Source: Eledone cirrhosa (Eukaryota). Taken from it: DNA of 64,000 nt. Below are positions 26,553 to 42,200 of this stretch, one piece after another. The stretch covers positions 189,782,001 through 189,846,000 of the forward strand of contig OZ024743.1 of the NCBI GenBank assembly GCA_964016885.1, given 5' to 3'. Within the stretch, counting starts at the first letter, position 1; every line of letters starts with the position of its first letter. Both the position numbers and the translations under genes were made by a program. The notes under the pieces were generated by a model. The model did not search any database. It was not told the origin of the DNA and worked only from the letters and a program-made list of their open reading frames with translations.

Positions 26553-26796
26553 ATGATAAAATTAATATCTGTAAAGATACAGAGTGTGTAACCAAGACTG
26601 CACAAACATGTATGAATATATACATATATCCAATATACACTTTCCATATTGGATATGTATATATATATCCAATATGCAAACATGCAAGATAATATGAATT
26701 ACCCTGTAAACTGAAAGAAATGGTAATTGGACAGTCATCAGAAGGCATGTATATCATCCACAACGGAACATGCATTTAATGGCTATATATATATCC

Positions 26797-28135
<1,339 letters not shown>

Positions 28136-28327
28136 GTATGAAGGGAGCTTATAGATAGGACAACACACGCTGTCGTTTCTGGAGTTTTTAATTAACTTTT
28201 GTATTCTGAAACATCAAATACAACAATTTTTTGGTCACTGGACTCGGGAATGTTACGACAGAAGTTTGTGGAAGTTACACAAATATTTTCGTATATTTTA
28301 CTAGAGCAATCCTTATTTATATTTTAC

Positions 28328-28907
28328 ATACATATATGGTGGCTGCCAACTCGTTTTTTAGTACGGCCACTACTTTATATCCATGTAGGAGAACCCCTAC
28401 CGAAGCGCTGAACAAGTGTGACTTTTTAGTCCAGCCAGCCACTTGAAAACTCTGGTACAAACACTACACTTGTGACAATTATTGACACATAGTGCTGGGC
28501 CCATTGTACCATGTGACGACAAGTGCAGAGAGATCTCCAGATATAAAGCAATGCCTGTGCTGTGAAGCTTTTATAGTGAGCAAAGGCACTGCACAAAGCC
28601 AGTCCCACTCTCTTAACCACGATGATATTTACAAAAAAGAACAAGTCAACATCATTGGATACCATCAGGGTTGCAGGTGTTATATCAGAGTTTTCCTTCT
28701 CCTAGAATTCTGACTTGACAAAGGTTAAAGGGTCATCTCTCCCGGTGATTTTGGATGGCCATTGACTCTTAAGAGCTCCTTTGCCCTTTGACAGGTTTTG
28801 CTTTTAGTCCTGCAGGATGTCCAAAGTCACCCTCCTCACAAAGAAACCTTGATGGGGTTGCCAGTTTAATCGCCAACGACCCGACCATGAGACAGGTTGT
28901 ACTGGGT
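28328..28907 (-). mobile_element. Bipartite non-autonomous RTE (5' UTR fused to 3' end)
   Basis: 28545-28745 is homologous to the RTE 5' UTR at 35975-36195; it is followed by a C2H2 remnant CSVCTRVFKWLAGLKSH and a ggcagccaccat...atgt end. Confidence 0.7.
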
Positions 28908-28995
28908 GTACGTACATACATGATGATGGCTGCCCCCTCGTTATCGAGCATGGCCATTGCACGAGAAAGAAAAAAAAAAATAAATAAAAAGAAAA

Positions 28996-29028
<33 letters not shown>

Positions 29029-29265
29029 AAAAGAAAAAAAAAGAAAGAAATATATATATATATATAAAGATACACACACACATACACACACACACACATA
29101 CACACTCACACACACATATACACACACATACATTAATAACACCAATAATAATAATAATAATAACAACAATAATAATAACGACAACAACAATAATAATATA
29201 CATATACATATATATACACACACACGCACACACATAAGCATATCTACACACACACACACGCACAC

Positions 29266-29317
<52 letters not shown>

Positions 29318-29323
29318 TAGCAA

Positions 29324-32300
29324 CTAACAGCGCTGCGATCGAATGTGGCTTTTTAGCCCAGCCAATGATCTAAAATGACTTGCACAGAGTCGGCAACCAA
29401 AATATTCACTGGGAATAGTCGGCTGTAGTTGGAGTTCGTGTACTTTTGCATGTCTCTTGAACCCTCCTGCTGATTTACATTCTCTACCACATATTTGGCA
29501 AGCATGATGAGTAGCATCTCCAACAGCAGCCTGGTAGTCAACCACTGGTCTTACTTTATGACTGCGAAGATGACTTTCGAGTCCAGCTTTGCTTAGGCAG
29601 AGTCTCGCACATACGCTGCATGTCAGCACCATAGGAGGACCCTCGCCGTCTGGAAGTGCAACAGCAATGCCCTTCCTCACATCCCGCTTTACTTTCTCGT
29701 ATGCGATTCGAGATGCCTCAAAGGCAACTTTTCCCTCATATACAGTCTTTCTCCATTTATTACGATCAGCAGCAATATTCTCCCATGTATCAGCAGAGAT
29801 GTTAGCGTCTTTCAGAGAGGCTTTCAAGGAATCCTTATACCTCTTTTTTGGTTTATGTGGCGGTCGTTTTCCTTTAACCAACTCTCCATAAAAGAGTTGT
29901 TTTGGTATTCTAGAATCCTTCATCCTGGCAAGGTGACCACTCCAACGGAGTCGTTGCTTAAGCACAAGAGCTTCTATACTGTCACACATAGAGCTCTCCA
30001 AAATCTCGACATCACTGATGTGGTCCCGCCAGTGAACGCCATGGATCCGTCTGAGACACATCTGATGGAAACGCTCCAATTGCTTAAGGTGGTGTCGATA
30101 TGTGACCCAGGTCTCGCAGGCATAAAGAAGACAAGAGAGCACACATGCCCTGTACACCTTTACCTTTGTCTTCCTGCATATGTCTCGCCGACCCCAGAGT
30201 CGCCTTTCTAGCTTTCCGAAAGCATCACTTGCTTTCCTAATCCTAAGTGAGATTTCACTGTCAAGGTTGCCGTATCGATTGACAGTGCTCCCCAGGTAGA
30301 CAAACTGATCAACCACTCCAAGTCGTTTGCCATACACATAGATGTTTGGTTCAGTGTACTGCTTACCAGGGGCAGGTTGGTACATGACGACGGTTTTCTT
30401 GAGACTGACAGTCAGACCTAGGGCAGTGCAAGCGTCAGAAAATGCATTCAAAATGTGCTGTATATCACTCTCTGTGTGCGCTACAAGATCGCAATCATCT
30501 GCATACAAGAGGTCTCTTATGATTGATGTAAATACATTTGTCTTCGCAGCAAAGCGCCTGATGTTAAATATGCTGCCTGAGGTTCGATATCGGATGTAAA
30601 CACCATGCTCGCAATTCCTGAATGCAATACAGAAAACCATTGCAAAGTATATGGCAAACAGGGTCGGTGCTGGAATATCCCCCTGTTTCACTCCATTTTT
30701 TACTGAGATAGGCTCCGACATGTTACCTCCGACATTAACCCAAGCCTTCATGTCGTCATGGAAAGACCTAACTAAAGCAAGGAAATTATCAGGGCAACCA
30801 AGTTTCTGGAGAACCTTCCATAATGCATCTCTGTTAACAGTATCGAAAGCTTTTGTCAGATCGACAAAAACCTGATACAGATCCAAGCCTTGTTCCATGC
30901 ACTTCTCCTGGAGCTGTCTAGCTGAGAAGATCATATCAGTAGTGCCGCGTCCAGCACGAAAACCAGATTGACTTTCAGGAAGAACACAATCTGCAATGTG
31001 TGTCAGCAGTCGGTCCAGAAGCACCCTACATAAAACTTTCCCTACGACAGAAAGCAATGATATACCTCCGTAGTTCCCACAATCGTTCCTGTTACCCTTT
31101 CCCTTGTACAAGACCACCATTACTGCATCTCTCCAGTCCTCAGGTACGGATTCATTAGCCCATATCCTGCCAAACAAAGAGTGAAGATGTTGCAGGAGTC
31201 TCTCACCACCATATTGTAGGGGCTCAGCATGTATGCCATCCATACCTGGAGATCTTCCACTGTTCAGCTTCGAAATAGCCACTGCAACCTCCACAAGCGT
31301 CGGAGGTTCTGCGAGAGCTACTTTCACAGGACTTTCTGGAATGAGATTGAGGAAATCTTCACTGACGACAGACGGCTGATTCAAAAGATCATCAAAGTGC
31401 TCTCGCCACCTTCGTAGAATTCCCTGTGAGTCACGAAGAAGTTCTTTGCCATCCCTGCTGCGAAGCGGTGTCACCAGAGAAGAAGACGGTCCATAAACCT
31501 CACACAAGAGACTGTACAACAGCTTTGTGTTATTGGAATCAGACGCAGTTTGTATCTCACCAGCCTTCTCACTCCACCACTGATCCTTCATCTGAGAAAG
31601 ACTCCGCCCAACACGTGATTTTACATCCCTGAGCTCCTCATGCAACGTATTCCTCTCCTGTGGTTTTGCTGTCAAGTAGCGTGACAGAGCACGCCTCTTA
31701 TCAGCCAACAAGTCTTCTATATGTACATCATTCTCATCAAACCAGTCCTGATGTTTACTCTGCGCCAATCCCAGAACACGCCTGCCTACATCATAAACCG
31801 ACTTTTTAAGGGTCGGCCAATCCTCACCAAGATCTGCAGCCTGCATCTCTCCTTCCAATGTCCTCTTCACATTTTTATCCTTAAGACGAGCAGCATTCAA
31901 TCTTTTGAGCAGGGCAACACCAGGAGCCCGGATTTTACGTTTAGTGATTAGTTTCACTTTTGCGCGTACCAGGCGGTGGTCTGTCCAGCACTCAGCTCCA
32001 CGAAGAACACGAACACACTGCACATCCTGTCTGTCACGCATCCTGACTAGGACGTAGTCCAAAAGATGCCATTCCTTAGATGCAAGATGCATCCATGTGG
32101 TCTTGAATTTGTTCTTTTATTGGAACATGGTGTTGGTAACACACAGATCCAGCTCCTCACACATCTGCAGCAGGAGCATACCATTGCTGTTACACTTTCC
32201 CACCCCATGCCTTCCGATTACATTCCATGTGTTAAAATCCCTACCCACTCTAGCATTAAAGTCACCAAGCACGATGACTTTGTCTGCCTAAGGGATATTT

Positions 32301-32869
32301 CTTAAAACACCTTTCAAGGCATGGTAAAAGGACACCTTTTCCTCATCGACAGAACTCATAGTTGGAGCATACACACTCACCAGGATAGCATATCTTCCCT
32401 TGTCCAGCGGAACTCTCATGGACATAAGACGCTCACTAATCCCTACTGGGAATTCTTCTAATTTGTTCACAAGCACAGTCTTAACAGCAAATCCTACCCC
32501 AGCTTCTCTTCTGGTTCCTTCATCTCTTCCTTTCCAGAAGAATGTATATTCTCCACAAAACTCCGTAAGATGACCATCTCCAGCTAGCCTCGTCTCAGAT
32601 AAAGCCACGATGTCAAGATCGTAACGTCGAAGCTCCTTTGCAACAAGAGCAGTGCTTCGTTCAGGACGCCTCAAGGAATCCCTGTCAAGCAGCGTCCGTA
32701 CGTTCCAGCAGCCAAGACTAAATGCCTTGTTTGGCTCTATTACAATGGCACGATGACGAGCCGGCCCAGGCTGTGATAACCTGGGGCCCCTGCCCTTATT
32801 GCCAATGATCTTTTTTGTTCCAGAACCTAAATTGCCAATTATCTCTTTTATATTGTTCTGGAACATCAT
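29324..32869 (-). pseudogene. RTE ORF: APE + RT + three C-terminal C2H2-type zinc fingers
   Basis: WNVRTL, LSETR, GDFNA, WTDHRL, DLTKAFD, KQGDIPAP, YADD; single frame with two in-frame stops (~32289, ~32118). Confidence 0.92.
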
Positions 32870-32907
32870 TGAATTGGAAAAAAAAAAAAAAAAAAAAAGT
32901 AATAATA

Positions 32908-32946
<39 letters not shown>

Positions 32947-32948
<2 letters not shown>

Positions 32949-33786
32949 CCATCAGTGGTTGGCATCCTCTGGACTGAAATCGGAGACTGAAGGACTGATT
33001 ATATCCGCACAAGATCAGTGTCTGCCAACAAAAAATTACCAAGCCAACATAATAAAAAATGGGTGCAGCCCACTATGCCGTGTATGCAAAAAACAACCAG
33101 AGACCATTGACCATATAATTTCAATGTGCAGTCCTATAGCTCCAACCGAATACCTAAACAGGCATGACAGAGCTGCACAATACATACATTGGATAATGTG
33201 TAAGCATTTTGACCTGCCCCATCAAAAGAATTGGTGGGAGCATCAACCACCTCCCATACTTGAAAAAGATCACATCTCAATCTTGTGGAACTTTAGCATC
33301 CAAACAGACCGAAAAATAGATGCAAATAGACCTGATATAATATTGAAGGACTTTCAAAGGAGGGTATGCCTGCTAATTGATATGTCTGTTCCAATAGACA
33401 AGAATGTATCTATAAAAACATTTGAAAAATTGAGCAAGTATAAGGACCTGGAGATAGAAATTGGAAAAATGTGGAAATTGAGAACTAAAACAATACCAGT
33501 GGTTGTAGGTGCTCTGGGAATGATACCTAAGGGGTCTAACGACTACTTATCGCAAATCCCAGGAAACCCGCGTATAGGAGAAATACAAAAGATAGTACTA
33601 ATGGGAACTGCCCATATACTAAGGAAGATCCTGTCAATATAAGTACATCACAAGTCTAAACACTAAGGATGCATGTGTGAATATGTGTGTTCTTTCTTGA
33701 ACATGGCGGACCTTGTTGTCTCTTGAGGTCACTGGTTGTGACTTGGTGATAACTCGTATAAACATAAAGCAAGATGAATGCAAATA
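32947..33786 (+). mobile_element. R4/Dong-like 3' fragment, family A
   Basis: AQDQ, CRVC...HIISMC knuckle, RPDII...DMSVP RLE; flanked by (TAA)n. Confidence 0.9.
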
Positions 33787-33799
33787 ATAATAATAATAA

Positions 33800-34030
33800 A
33801 GTGATCCCGATTGTCATAGGCGCACTGGGGACTATCTCCAAAGGTTTCCAGGGATGGTTAAAGAAAATCGGCCCCTTTACGCTTTTTGGAACGCTTCAAA
33901 AGGCATGCTTGCTTGGAACAGCAAGAACCCTCCGATACGTCCTGAATATCTGAGGCTGCAGGTAGTGGCTTGATATTCAATCCAACGGACTTTCCAGTTA
34001 ACCAACATCAATGACTGAGATTCAAGGAAT
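33800..34030 (+). mobile_element. R4/Dong-like 3' stub, family B
   Basis: near-identical to 35692-35922; (TAA)n flanks. Confidence 0.9.
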
Positions 34031-34039
34031 AACAATAAC

Positions 34040-34067
<28 letters not shown>

Positions 34068-34070
<3 letters not shown>

Positions 34071-35922
34071 GAGGAGACACACTGATCTTGCCATGGGATG
34101 GATAGACTACAGAAAGGCATTTGACATGGTGCCTCATTCTTGGATCACCAAAAGCATGGAGATCTTCAAGGTGGCAGATAACATCAGACAGTTGCTGGGC
34201 AGGAGTATGGGGTCCTGGAAGACAGAGTTGACATCAACTGGAGAATCCTTGGGAAGCGTGAATATCAAGAGAGGTATCTTCCAGGGAGATAGCCTGTCCC
34301 CTCTGTTGTTTGTCCTTGCCCTGATGCCCTTGACCATTATGCTGCGAAAAGTGAGAGCAGGATACAAGTTGGGAAAGGGAGAGCTTACCATCAATCACCA
34401 CCTCTTCATGGACGATCTTAAGTTCTTCGGGAAGAGTGAGAAGGAGTTGGATGTGCTTGTTGACACTGTCCGTATTTTCAGCAGTGATATATGTATGCAG
34501 TTTGGTATTAGTAAGTGTGGAGTCATTGTGATGAGGAGGGGTAGGTTGAGCAGAAGTAACGGAATCCAGATACCAACAGGTGAGATGATAAAGGAAATTG
34601 ACTCTGAGGAAGGATACAAGTATTTGCGCGTTCTGGAGGCTGATGGCATAAAGAACAAAAAAATGAAGGAATTGTTAAGAACTGAATACATTCGGAGAGT
34701 AAGGAGCGTATTGAAATCACATCTGAACAGCAGAAATGCCATAAGCGCAGTAAATTCCCGAGCTGTGTCTATTATTAGGTACAGTGCGGGAATTCTGAGA
34801 TGGAATGTTGCTGAACAAAAAGAAATGGATAGGAAGACCAGGAAGCTATTGACTATCTACAACATGTTCCACAAGAGGAGTCATGTCGATAGACTCTACC
34901 TAAGGAGATCTGAGGGTGGAAGAGGTCTTATCAGCATAGAGGACTGTGTTCAGATAGAGAAAAACAACCTATACAGATACGTGACTGATAGTAAGGAGCC
35001 AATGCTCAGAACTGTACTGAAGGAGGGGACAGTAGGCCAGGGGATGTCCAAGGAGGAAATAACATCAAGGAGAAAGAGCAGCCTTCAGGGAAAATCCCTT
35101 CATAGTACCTTCTTTGAGAAAACTGAATTTAGAGATCCACAGACATGGAACTGGTTGAGAAGAGGAGACCTCAAAAAGGCTACAGAAGGAATGTTAATGG
35201 CTGCGCAGGAGCAGGCCCTCAAAACGAAGTGGTCGAAACACCATATTTACAAGGAGGAGGCTAATCCACTGTGCAGGATTTGTGGAGAGAGAGAGAGGAG
35301 ACTGTGGCTCACATTGTATCCGAGTGTAAACACCTAGCCCAGACCCACTATAAGGGCTGGAGACACGATGTGATGGGCAGGGTGATCCACTGGCACCTGT
35401 GCAAAGTAAACAATTTACCACATTCTGAGAAATGGTATGAACATAGGCCAGAGGCGGTGATGGAGAACGACCAGGTGAAGGTGCTGTGGGATTTTAGGAT
35501 ACAGACGGACAAGAAACTGGAACACAATAGACCTGACCTGGTGGTTGTGGACAAAGAAAAAAGAGCGTGTCTGATTGTGGATGTGGCCTGCCCATTCGAC
35601 ACGAGAGTGCAAGAGAAGAAGAGGGAGAAAATTAACCGATACCAGGACTTAAAGTGGGAGGTAAACAGGATTTGGAACTGCCATGAAGTCAAAGTGATCC
35701 CGATTGTCATAGGCGCACTGGGGACTATCTCCAAAAGTTTCCAGGGATGGTTAAAGAAAATCGGCCCCTTCACGCTTTTTGGAACGCTTCAAAAGGCATG
35801 CTTGCTGGGAACAGCAAGAACCCTCCGATACGTCCTGAATATCTGAGGCTGCAGGTAGTGGCTTGATATTCATTCCAACGGACTTTCCAGTTAACCAACA
35901 TCAATGACTGAGATTCAAGGAA
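34068..35922 (+). mobile_element. R4/Dong-like 5'-truncated element, family B (RT + RLE)
   Basis: DYRKAFD, GIFQGDSLSP, FMDD, CRIC...HIVSEC, RPDLVV...DVACP; frameshift in (GA)n near 35290. Confidence 0.92.
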
Positions 35923-36217
35923 TAATAATAATAATAATAATAATAGTACACTATTAATAATTATTAATGCACTCGTGCAATGCCTGTGCGTGACGAATAT
36001 TTTTAAAGTGAGGAAAGACTGTGCACTAAGCCAATCCCACTCTCTGAGCGACAGTAGCTATAACCCGAAAAGAAGAAAATATCAACATCATCGGTAACTA
36101 CTGAGCCGCAGGTTTTATGTCGGAGTTAACCCAGTTTCCTGAGATGCCTTCTCCTAGAAGAATGCCCTGACAAGGCTAGGGGTTCTTCACTCCCAGACGT
36201 ACATACATACATACATA

Positions 36218-39200
36218 AATGGCAACCGTTGTGGTCAGTGTCCGATAATCAGACGTGTGTAATTACGGCTTACATGAAGGCAACATACCATATATTGGAA
36301 AAAGTTGAGCTACATTACGCGGTAAGATTACATACAATAATTCTACATAAGTGTTTGAACTGTAAGTGTGTTGTAAAACACCTATTTATATGAACGATAC
36401 ATACACTTTAACATATAAATGCAACGTTGTTATATTACATTTATAAAGAAATATAAAAGTAACGTTTTCGATTCAGAAGCAAAAAGATAAGTGTTTGAAC
36501 TGTGAATATGTTGTGAATAAGTTGTAGAACACCTATTTATATGAATGATACATAAACTTTAACATATAAATACAGCGTTGTTATACTATATTACATTCAT
36601 AGAGAGATATACTAAGTAACGGTTCTTTTTGTTCTCGATTCAAGAGCAACGTTTAAAACACAGTTGTAGAATTAAAAACTAACTGAAAAGAAATATTACC
36701 CAAACTGTGAATAACTTTAAATTTGATTCTGACAGAACTTTGTCGAAACTTTTAAAGAAGATCATCGACTATTTTGAAAAATAAATACGAAATATTAGTG
36801 AATAGACGAACTCATCATGGCAAACAGTACAAGTCTCCTTCGACCAAATCGCAACTACAACCGTTGTATACAGTGGAGCTACGAGCTTAACAAAGTATTA
36901 TATGAAGCATACAAACAATCTGAACCCCAAAAGTTCGGTTTTATGCAAAGGCTAAAAACTTTATGGAACTCCAAACACCCAGAATTAGACTTTTCTCCAA
37001 AGCATTTAAATGAACAGGCAAAACGTATCATTAGATGTAAATTGATACATCTATAGCGATGAACGGCTGCGTGTTCGTATCACGTCAGGGTTACCAATTT
37101 AGCGAGATTACTGAGGTTGTATGAATGTAACAAAACGAGACATGGTTTGTGTGTATAATATTTAATTAACGGTAGATAGTATACTTGACATGTCAAAGAT
37201 AGATGTTAGAATGAAACAAAGTTAGTAGTTACCGTTTTGATTGCCAGGCAAACGCGGCTGGCAGAGGGCGCCTGGCTAAGGCCAGGCGCCTGTTGGCCAA
37301 ATTAATGGCAGAGCCAAATGAGAGGCTCTTGTCCTGGTGCCGAAAAGGCAAAGAGAGAAAGGAAGCTTAAAGTTGTTAGTTTTATAGGGCTCTGACCGGA
37401 AGTTGCAGAAAGGGTTCCACTTCCCGTCTAGATCCTAATCAAAACAAGGGAGACAACCGCTACATAACCTCCCGCCAGAATTTTAGTGTATAAAAATCGA
37501 AATGAAAATATGTTGCAAGTTGGCGAGAATGTTGTAACAGGCATGAAAATTACGACAAAAGAATGTTTGGAAAAATCAATGATAGATATCAAGGTAGCCA
37601 ACCGCTCTTGGCCAGATAACGACTGGACATCCATCTATCCATCACCCAAAGATACAATGTAATAAAGTAAAAGTAATAGAAGAGCTCAAAGTTCAAAATA
37701 TAGCTCACAGGTGTGCAATCACATGACAGCAGGAAAGAAAGTGTGTTCCAGAGAATGAATGCAGGTGGTTTCTGTTCTGTGGTATATCGTGAAATTTCCA
37801 ACCTCCGAATGGATTTTCTCACAGGAAGAGTGCTGCAAAAATGAATTCTCTGGCTTTGGTTAAGCTGTATTGATGTATTGCTGTTGCTGTTATATTGCTG
37901 TTGCTGTTGCTGTTGTCTCGCTGAGTGAGCGTATTCGGTGTTTAAATTCACAGTAAAAAATTTTTTTTTTAGAAAAAATGAGTTACGCAAAGTGCTAGAA
38001 ATAGCAGCCGAAGTTGATGGTCGATGTTGAGAATGCGTTGACCTGGAAGGGTCAAGAGGCCAGCGACCAGAGAAATAAGCATTCTTAATAAATGCGCGGT
38101 TATCAACTGTAAATTTACATTGTAAATTTATAAACCGGCAAATAGAAGAATATAGCTTAAGGCTGAAGAATCCCTGGTGAGAAATGTTATCTCTGGCGTG
38201 CGGCTGTCTGTGAGTAGAGACATCTCTGTGAATCGAGAATTTGTGCTGCCTACACGTGACAATACAAGGTTGAAAAAAAATAATATTTCTAACGCGCGAG
38301 AAAATGATAGTGCAATGTTGAAAGTGACAATGATGAAAAAGAAAGGCTTCACTCAGCATAATTATTGGTGTGAACTTTGGAAAAAAACAAAAAACTTGAA
38401 CGATGAAGAAAACGATGAACAAAAAGGCAATGGTTCATCGAAAATAAATGTTCCTGTTGAAATGTTTTTTAAAGAATATCAAATTTCTTTTTTTTTTTTT
38501 TTTGCGTTTTGAAAGAGTTCGTTGTAAGAAACGAGAAACATATATATATATCGTGAAATGTTTTTTTTTTTTTTTTTGTTTTGAAAGTGTTCGTTGTGAG
38601 AAACGAGAAACATATATATATATATATTGGTGAAATGCGACAGTTAGTTGATGCGTGAGAGAAAAAGTCTGTCTGTGCGAATTCCACATGTGCGTGTGTG
38701 CGTGTTTCTTTTACTGAGTATTTTTATAGTTTGTCGATAAATTTACTGTGTATTCGTAATGTTACTCACAAAACCAGATGTGCTATTTTTTTCTTTTTTT
38801 GGGGGGTGACCACTTATAGCGATGAACGGCTGCGTGTTCGTATCACGTCAGGGTTACCAATATAGCGAGATTACTGAGGTTGTATGAATGTAACAAAACG
38901 AGACATGGTTTGTGTGTATAATATTTAATTAACGGTAGATAGTATACTTGACATGTCAAAGATAGATGTTAGAATGAAACAAAGTTAGTAGTTACCGTTT
39001 TGATTGCCAGGCAAACGCGGCTGGCAGAGGGCGCCTGGCTAAGGCCAGGCGCCTGTTGGCCAAATTAATGGCAGAGCCAAATGAGAGGCTCTTGTCCTGG
39101 TGCCGAAAAGGCAAAGAGAGAAAGGAAGCTTAAAGTTGTTAGTTTTATAGGGCTCTGACCGGAAGTTGCAGAAAGGGTTCCACTTCCCGTCTAGATCCTA

Positions 39201-42200
39201 ATCAAAACAAGGGAGACAACCGCTACGCATCTAACGGAATTGAGTGATACTACAAATACATCCCTTGTAGACAACCACCCCACCTCCACTGACAGACAAA
39301 GAGAATGGCCAGCTAAATCTAACAGTGAACAGCTCACCAACAATTTTGCTGAAATACATCCCACTTCCACTGAAGAACAGCGAGAAAGGTCAGCTAACTC
39401 TAGTAGTAATTGTCACCACATCAACAACGAGGCTGAAATTCATGACTCTACTGAACAAACAGAGCACCAAAAACTTGTGGACACCCTACAAGTTACATGG
39501 AACGATATGTTTCAAGAGATACACAGCCTTAATGTGAGTGACCGACCATACAACACCAGAATCAGTAAAGAACCCACTAAATTGGAATTGGAAGCGGTGA
39601 ACGAAATAGCTGGCAATTATCTGAAGGCTATACGATCTAAAGGTGTAGAAACGACATTTGAAACGCTTAATGTTTTGTTATATGTTTCAGCTGTCACATT
39701 GCTATCATATAACACACATCTAAAACCAAACAATCAAGATACAAACAGAAAGCCTGAACCAGCGTGGATGCGAAATTTAAAAACCAAAATTTTGTCCCTG
39801 AGACGAAGTATCTCACACATCGCAGTCCTTATGAAATGCAACATAGAGAGCAACTTCACACGACACCAGGAAGACCTAAAGAAAAAGTTAGAGAGACGAT
39901 TTGGAGATACAAAATTTAAAACTTTGAACTCTAAATTACACCAGTTGAAACAACTCACAGCTACAACAGAAAGACTAAAATATAAGTCAACAGCACATAA
40001 ACGACAAGTGTTAAATAGATTATTTGCCAGAGATCCTAAATCAGTTTATCGCAGCTTCGGTGGCAAAAGCTCAATCCCTGTAAACGACATCCCTCTAAAA
40101 GAACAGGTTGAGAGCTACTGGAGATCTGTATGGGAAACGGATGACGGATTCAACAGACAAGCTAATTGGCTAAAAGAACTGGAACAGGACTACTGCCAAC
40201 ATGTCCAGATAAAACAATATGACATAGATGGGTCAATACTGGAAACAGCTCTACAGAAAATGTCGAATAGGAAATCGCCAGGCCCAGACCTCATTACAGG
40301 ATACTGGTTAAAGAATTTCACTTTCTATCGGCAAGATCTCATACGGCTGTTTACAGAAACCATTAAAGGCACACAAGAACTGCCCAAATGGTTATCAACT
40401 GCCACTACTCTCCTCATTCCCAAAAATAGCCAAACCACCCTTGCTAAAAATTACCGCCCAATAGCCTGCCAAAACATCATGTATAAATTATATACTGGGT
40501 GCCTTAACCTGTTCTTACAGGATCACTGTGCTACAAACAACATCATAACACCTGAGCAAGTTGGTGGAAAGAGGGAGGTGTGGGGTTGCATAGATCACCT
40601 ACTAACTAACAAAATGATTCAGGAAAAAACAACAAAGAATCGCAGAAACATGACTGTGGTGTGGCTGGACTATCAAAAAGCATTTGATTGTATACCTCAT
40701 GGGTGGATTATTAAGGCTTTACAGTTAGCTAAAGTCCCACAACCATTGGTAGCTGCTGTTGAACGCCTGACCAAGAACTGGTACACCAATTTGATCCTTA
40801 GAGGTGAGAAGGAGCAAGTTAAGACTGATAAGATACATTACCAGAAGGGCATCTTTCAGGGTGATAGCTTGTCAGTGCTATTCTTCGTTCTCTCACTCAA
40901 TCCACTATCTTACCTATTCAGGAAACAGGGTGGACACAGAAGTATCTCCCATCTTTTCTTTGTTGATGACCTGAAGTTCTATGGGCCAAATATCAACGAC
41001 ATCAAGAAACAATTGGACCTCATTACACAATTTTCAACCGACATCAGAATGAAATTTGGCAAGTCCAAGTGTGCATATTTGGCAATAAAACGTGGAAGAG
41101 CTGTGCCCTACTCTAGAAATCTAGAGATGAACGGCCTGACAATACAACCTCTGCAGTCAGATGACAACTACAGATATCTTGGACAGGATGAGAATGTCAG
41201 ATATGATGGACCCATAAATAAGGAGAGAACCAGAACTGAATACCTCAGAAGAGTAAAGAAAATATGGTCATCAGAACTGTCAGCATACAACAAATACATT
41301 GCCCACAATACTTATGCTGTGCCAATTCTAACACCAACATTTGAATTGGTCATTGCAAGAACTAAGTGAGATGGATGTTAGAACTCGAAAACTTCTCAGT
41401 GTTACTGGGAACTTTAACATCAATGGTGATGTGGATAGGCTATCCTTCTCACGCAAGGAAGGTGGCCGGGGTCTAAAATCAATATTAACAACATATGAGA
41501 CCCGGATAGTAACACTGAAGCAACACCTTCAACAGAGGAAAAAGGTTGGCAACCATCTTGCCCAGGTTTATGAGCATGAAAAAAAAAATATCATTAGAAT
41601 AGCGACTGATCTGGAGGAGAGATATGGAATAAAGCCTGATATAAATCTCTCACCCAGAGAAATCGGAAGATCCTATTCAATGTTCAAACAAGATAAAAAA
41701 ATTGACCAATTTACAGAAAAAGTTGTGCATGGATACTTGAGGCGTAAAACACAAACCATAGAGGGGATAAACCACTCAAAAAGCCTGGCATGGGGTTCCG
41801 ACAAATTTATGACATCACACCTTGAGGGATATCTCTATGCAATACAGGAACAAGAACTCCCTACCAAATATCTGCTGCACAAAAGAGGAGGGCCAGCAGC
41901 TGACAATAAATGTAGGCTATGTAAAACAAAGATCGAGGATGTAAGCCACATTGTTGCCAGCTGCGAAAGAATGTCATCTCGCTACTACCTCCCCATGAGA
42001 CACGATGGGATAGCTAGAACCATCTGGAACGCACTTCGGAAAACAAAATTAACAACAAACGAGGAAGAATATATTGAGACAGATAGCACTAAGGAATACT
42101 GGTGGAACCTGAAAATAAAAACTGCCACCAAATTAAAGCACAACCGGCCTGATATTGTAGTTTGGGACCACACATTGAAAACGTGTTCTGTTGTGGAGAT

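Larger units (their letters stand above)
28908..36197 (-). mobile_element. Full-length BovB-like RTE LINE with R4/Dong insertions in its 5' UTR
   Basis: 5' UTR 35945-36197 (ctaggagaagg motif), ORF 32869-29324, microsatellite 3' UTR, terminus gcagccatcatcatgtatgtac; gtacatacat on both sides. Confidence 0.8.

Noticed and set aside
35945-36300. HDV-like ribozyme expected at RTE or R4 5' ends
   Set aside because: Could not build the nested double pseudoknot by eye; needs a motif search
37589-38422. 277 aa ORF inside the LTR element
   Set aside because: Non-ATG start, low complexity, no gag/pol/env motif recognised
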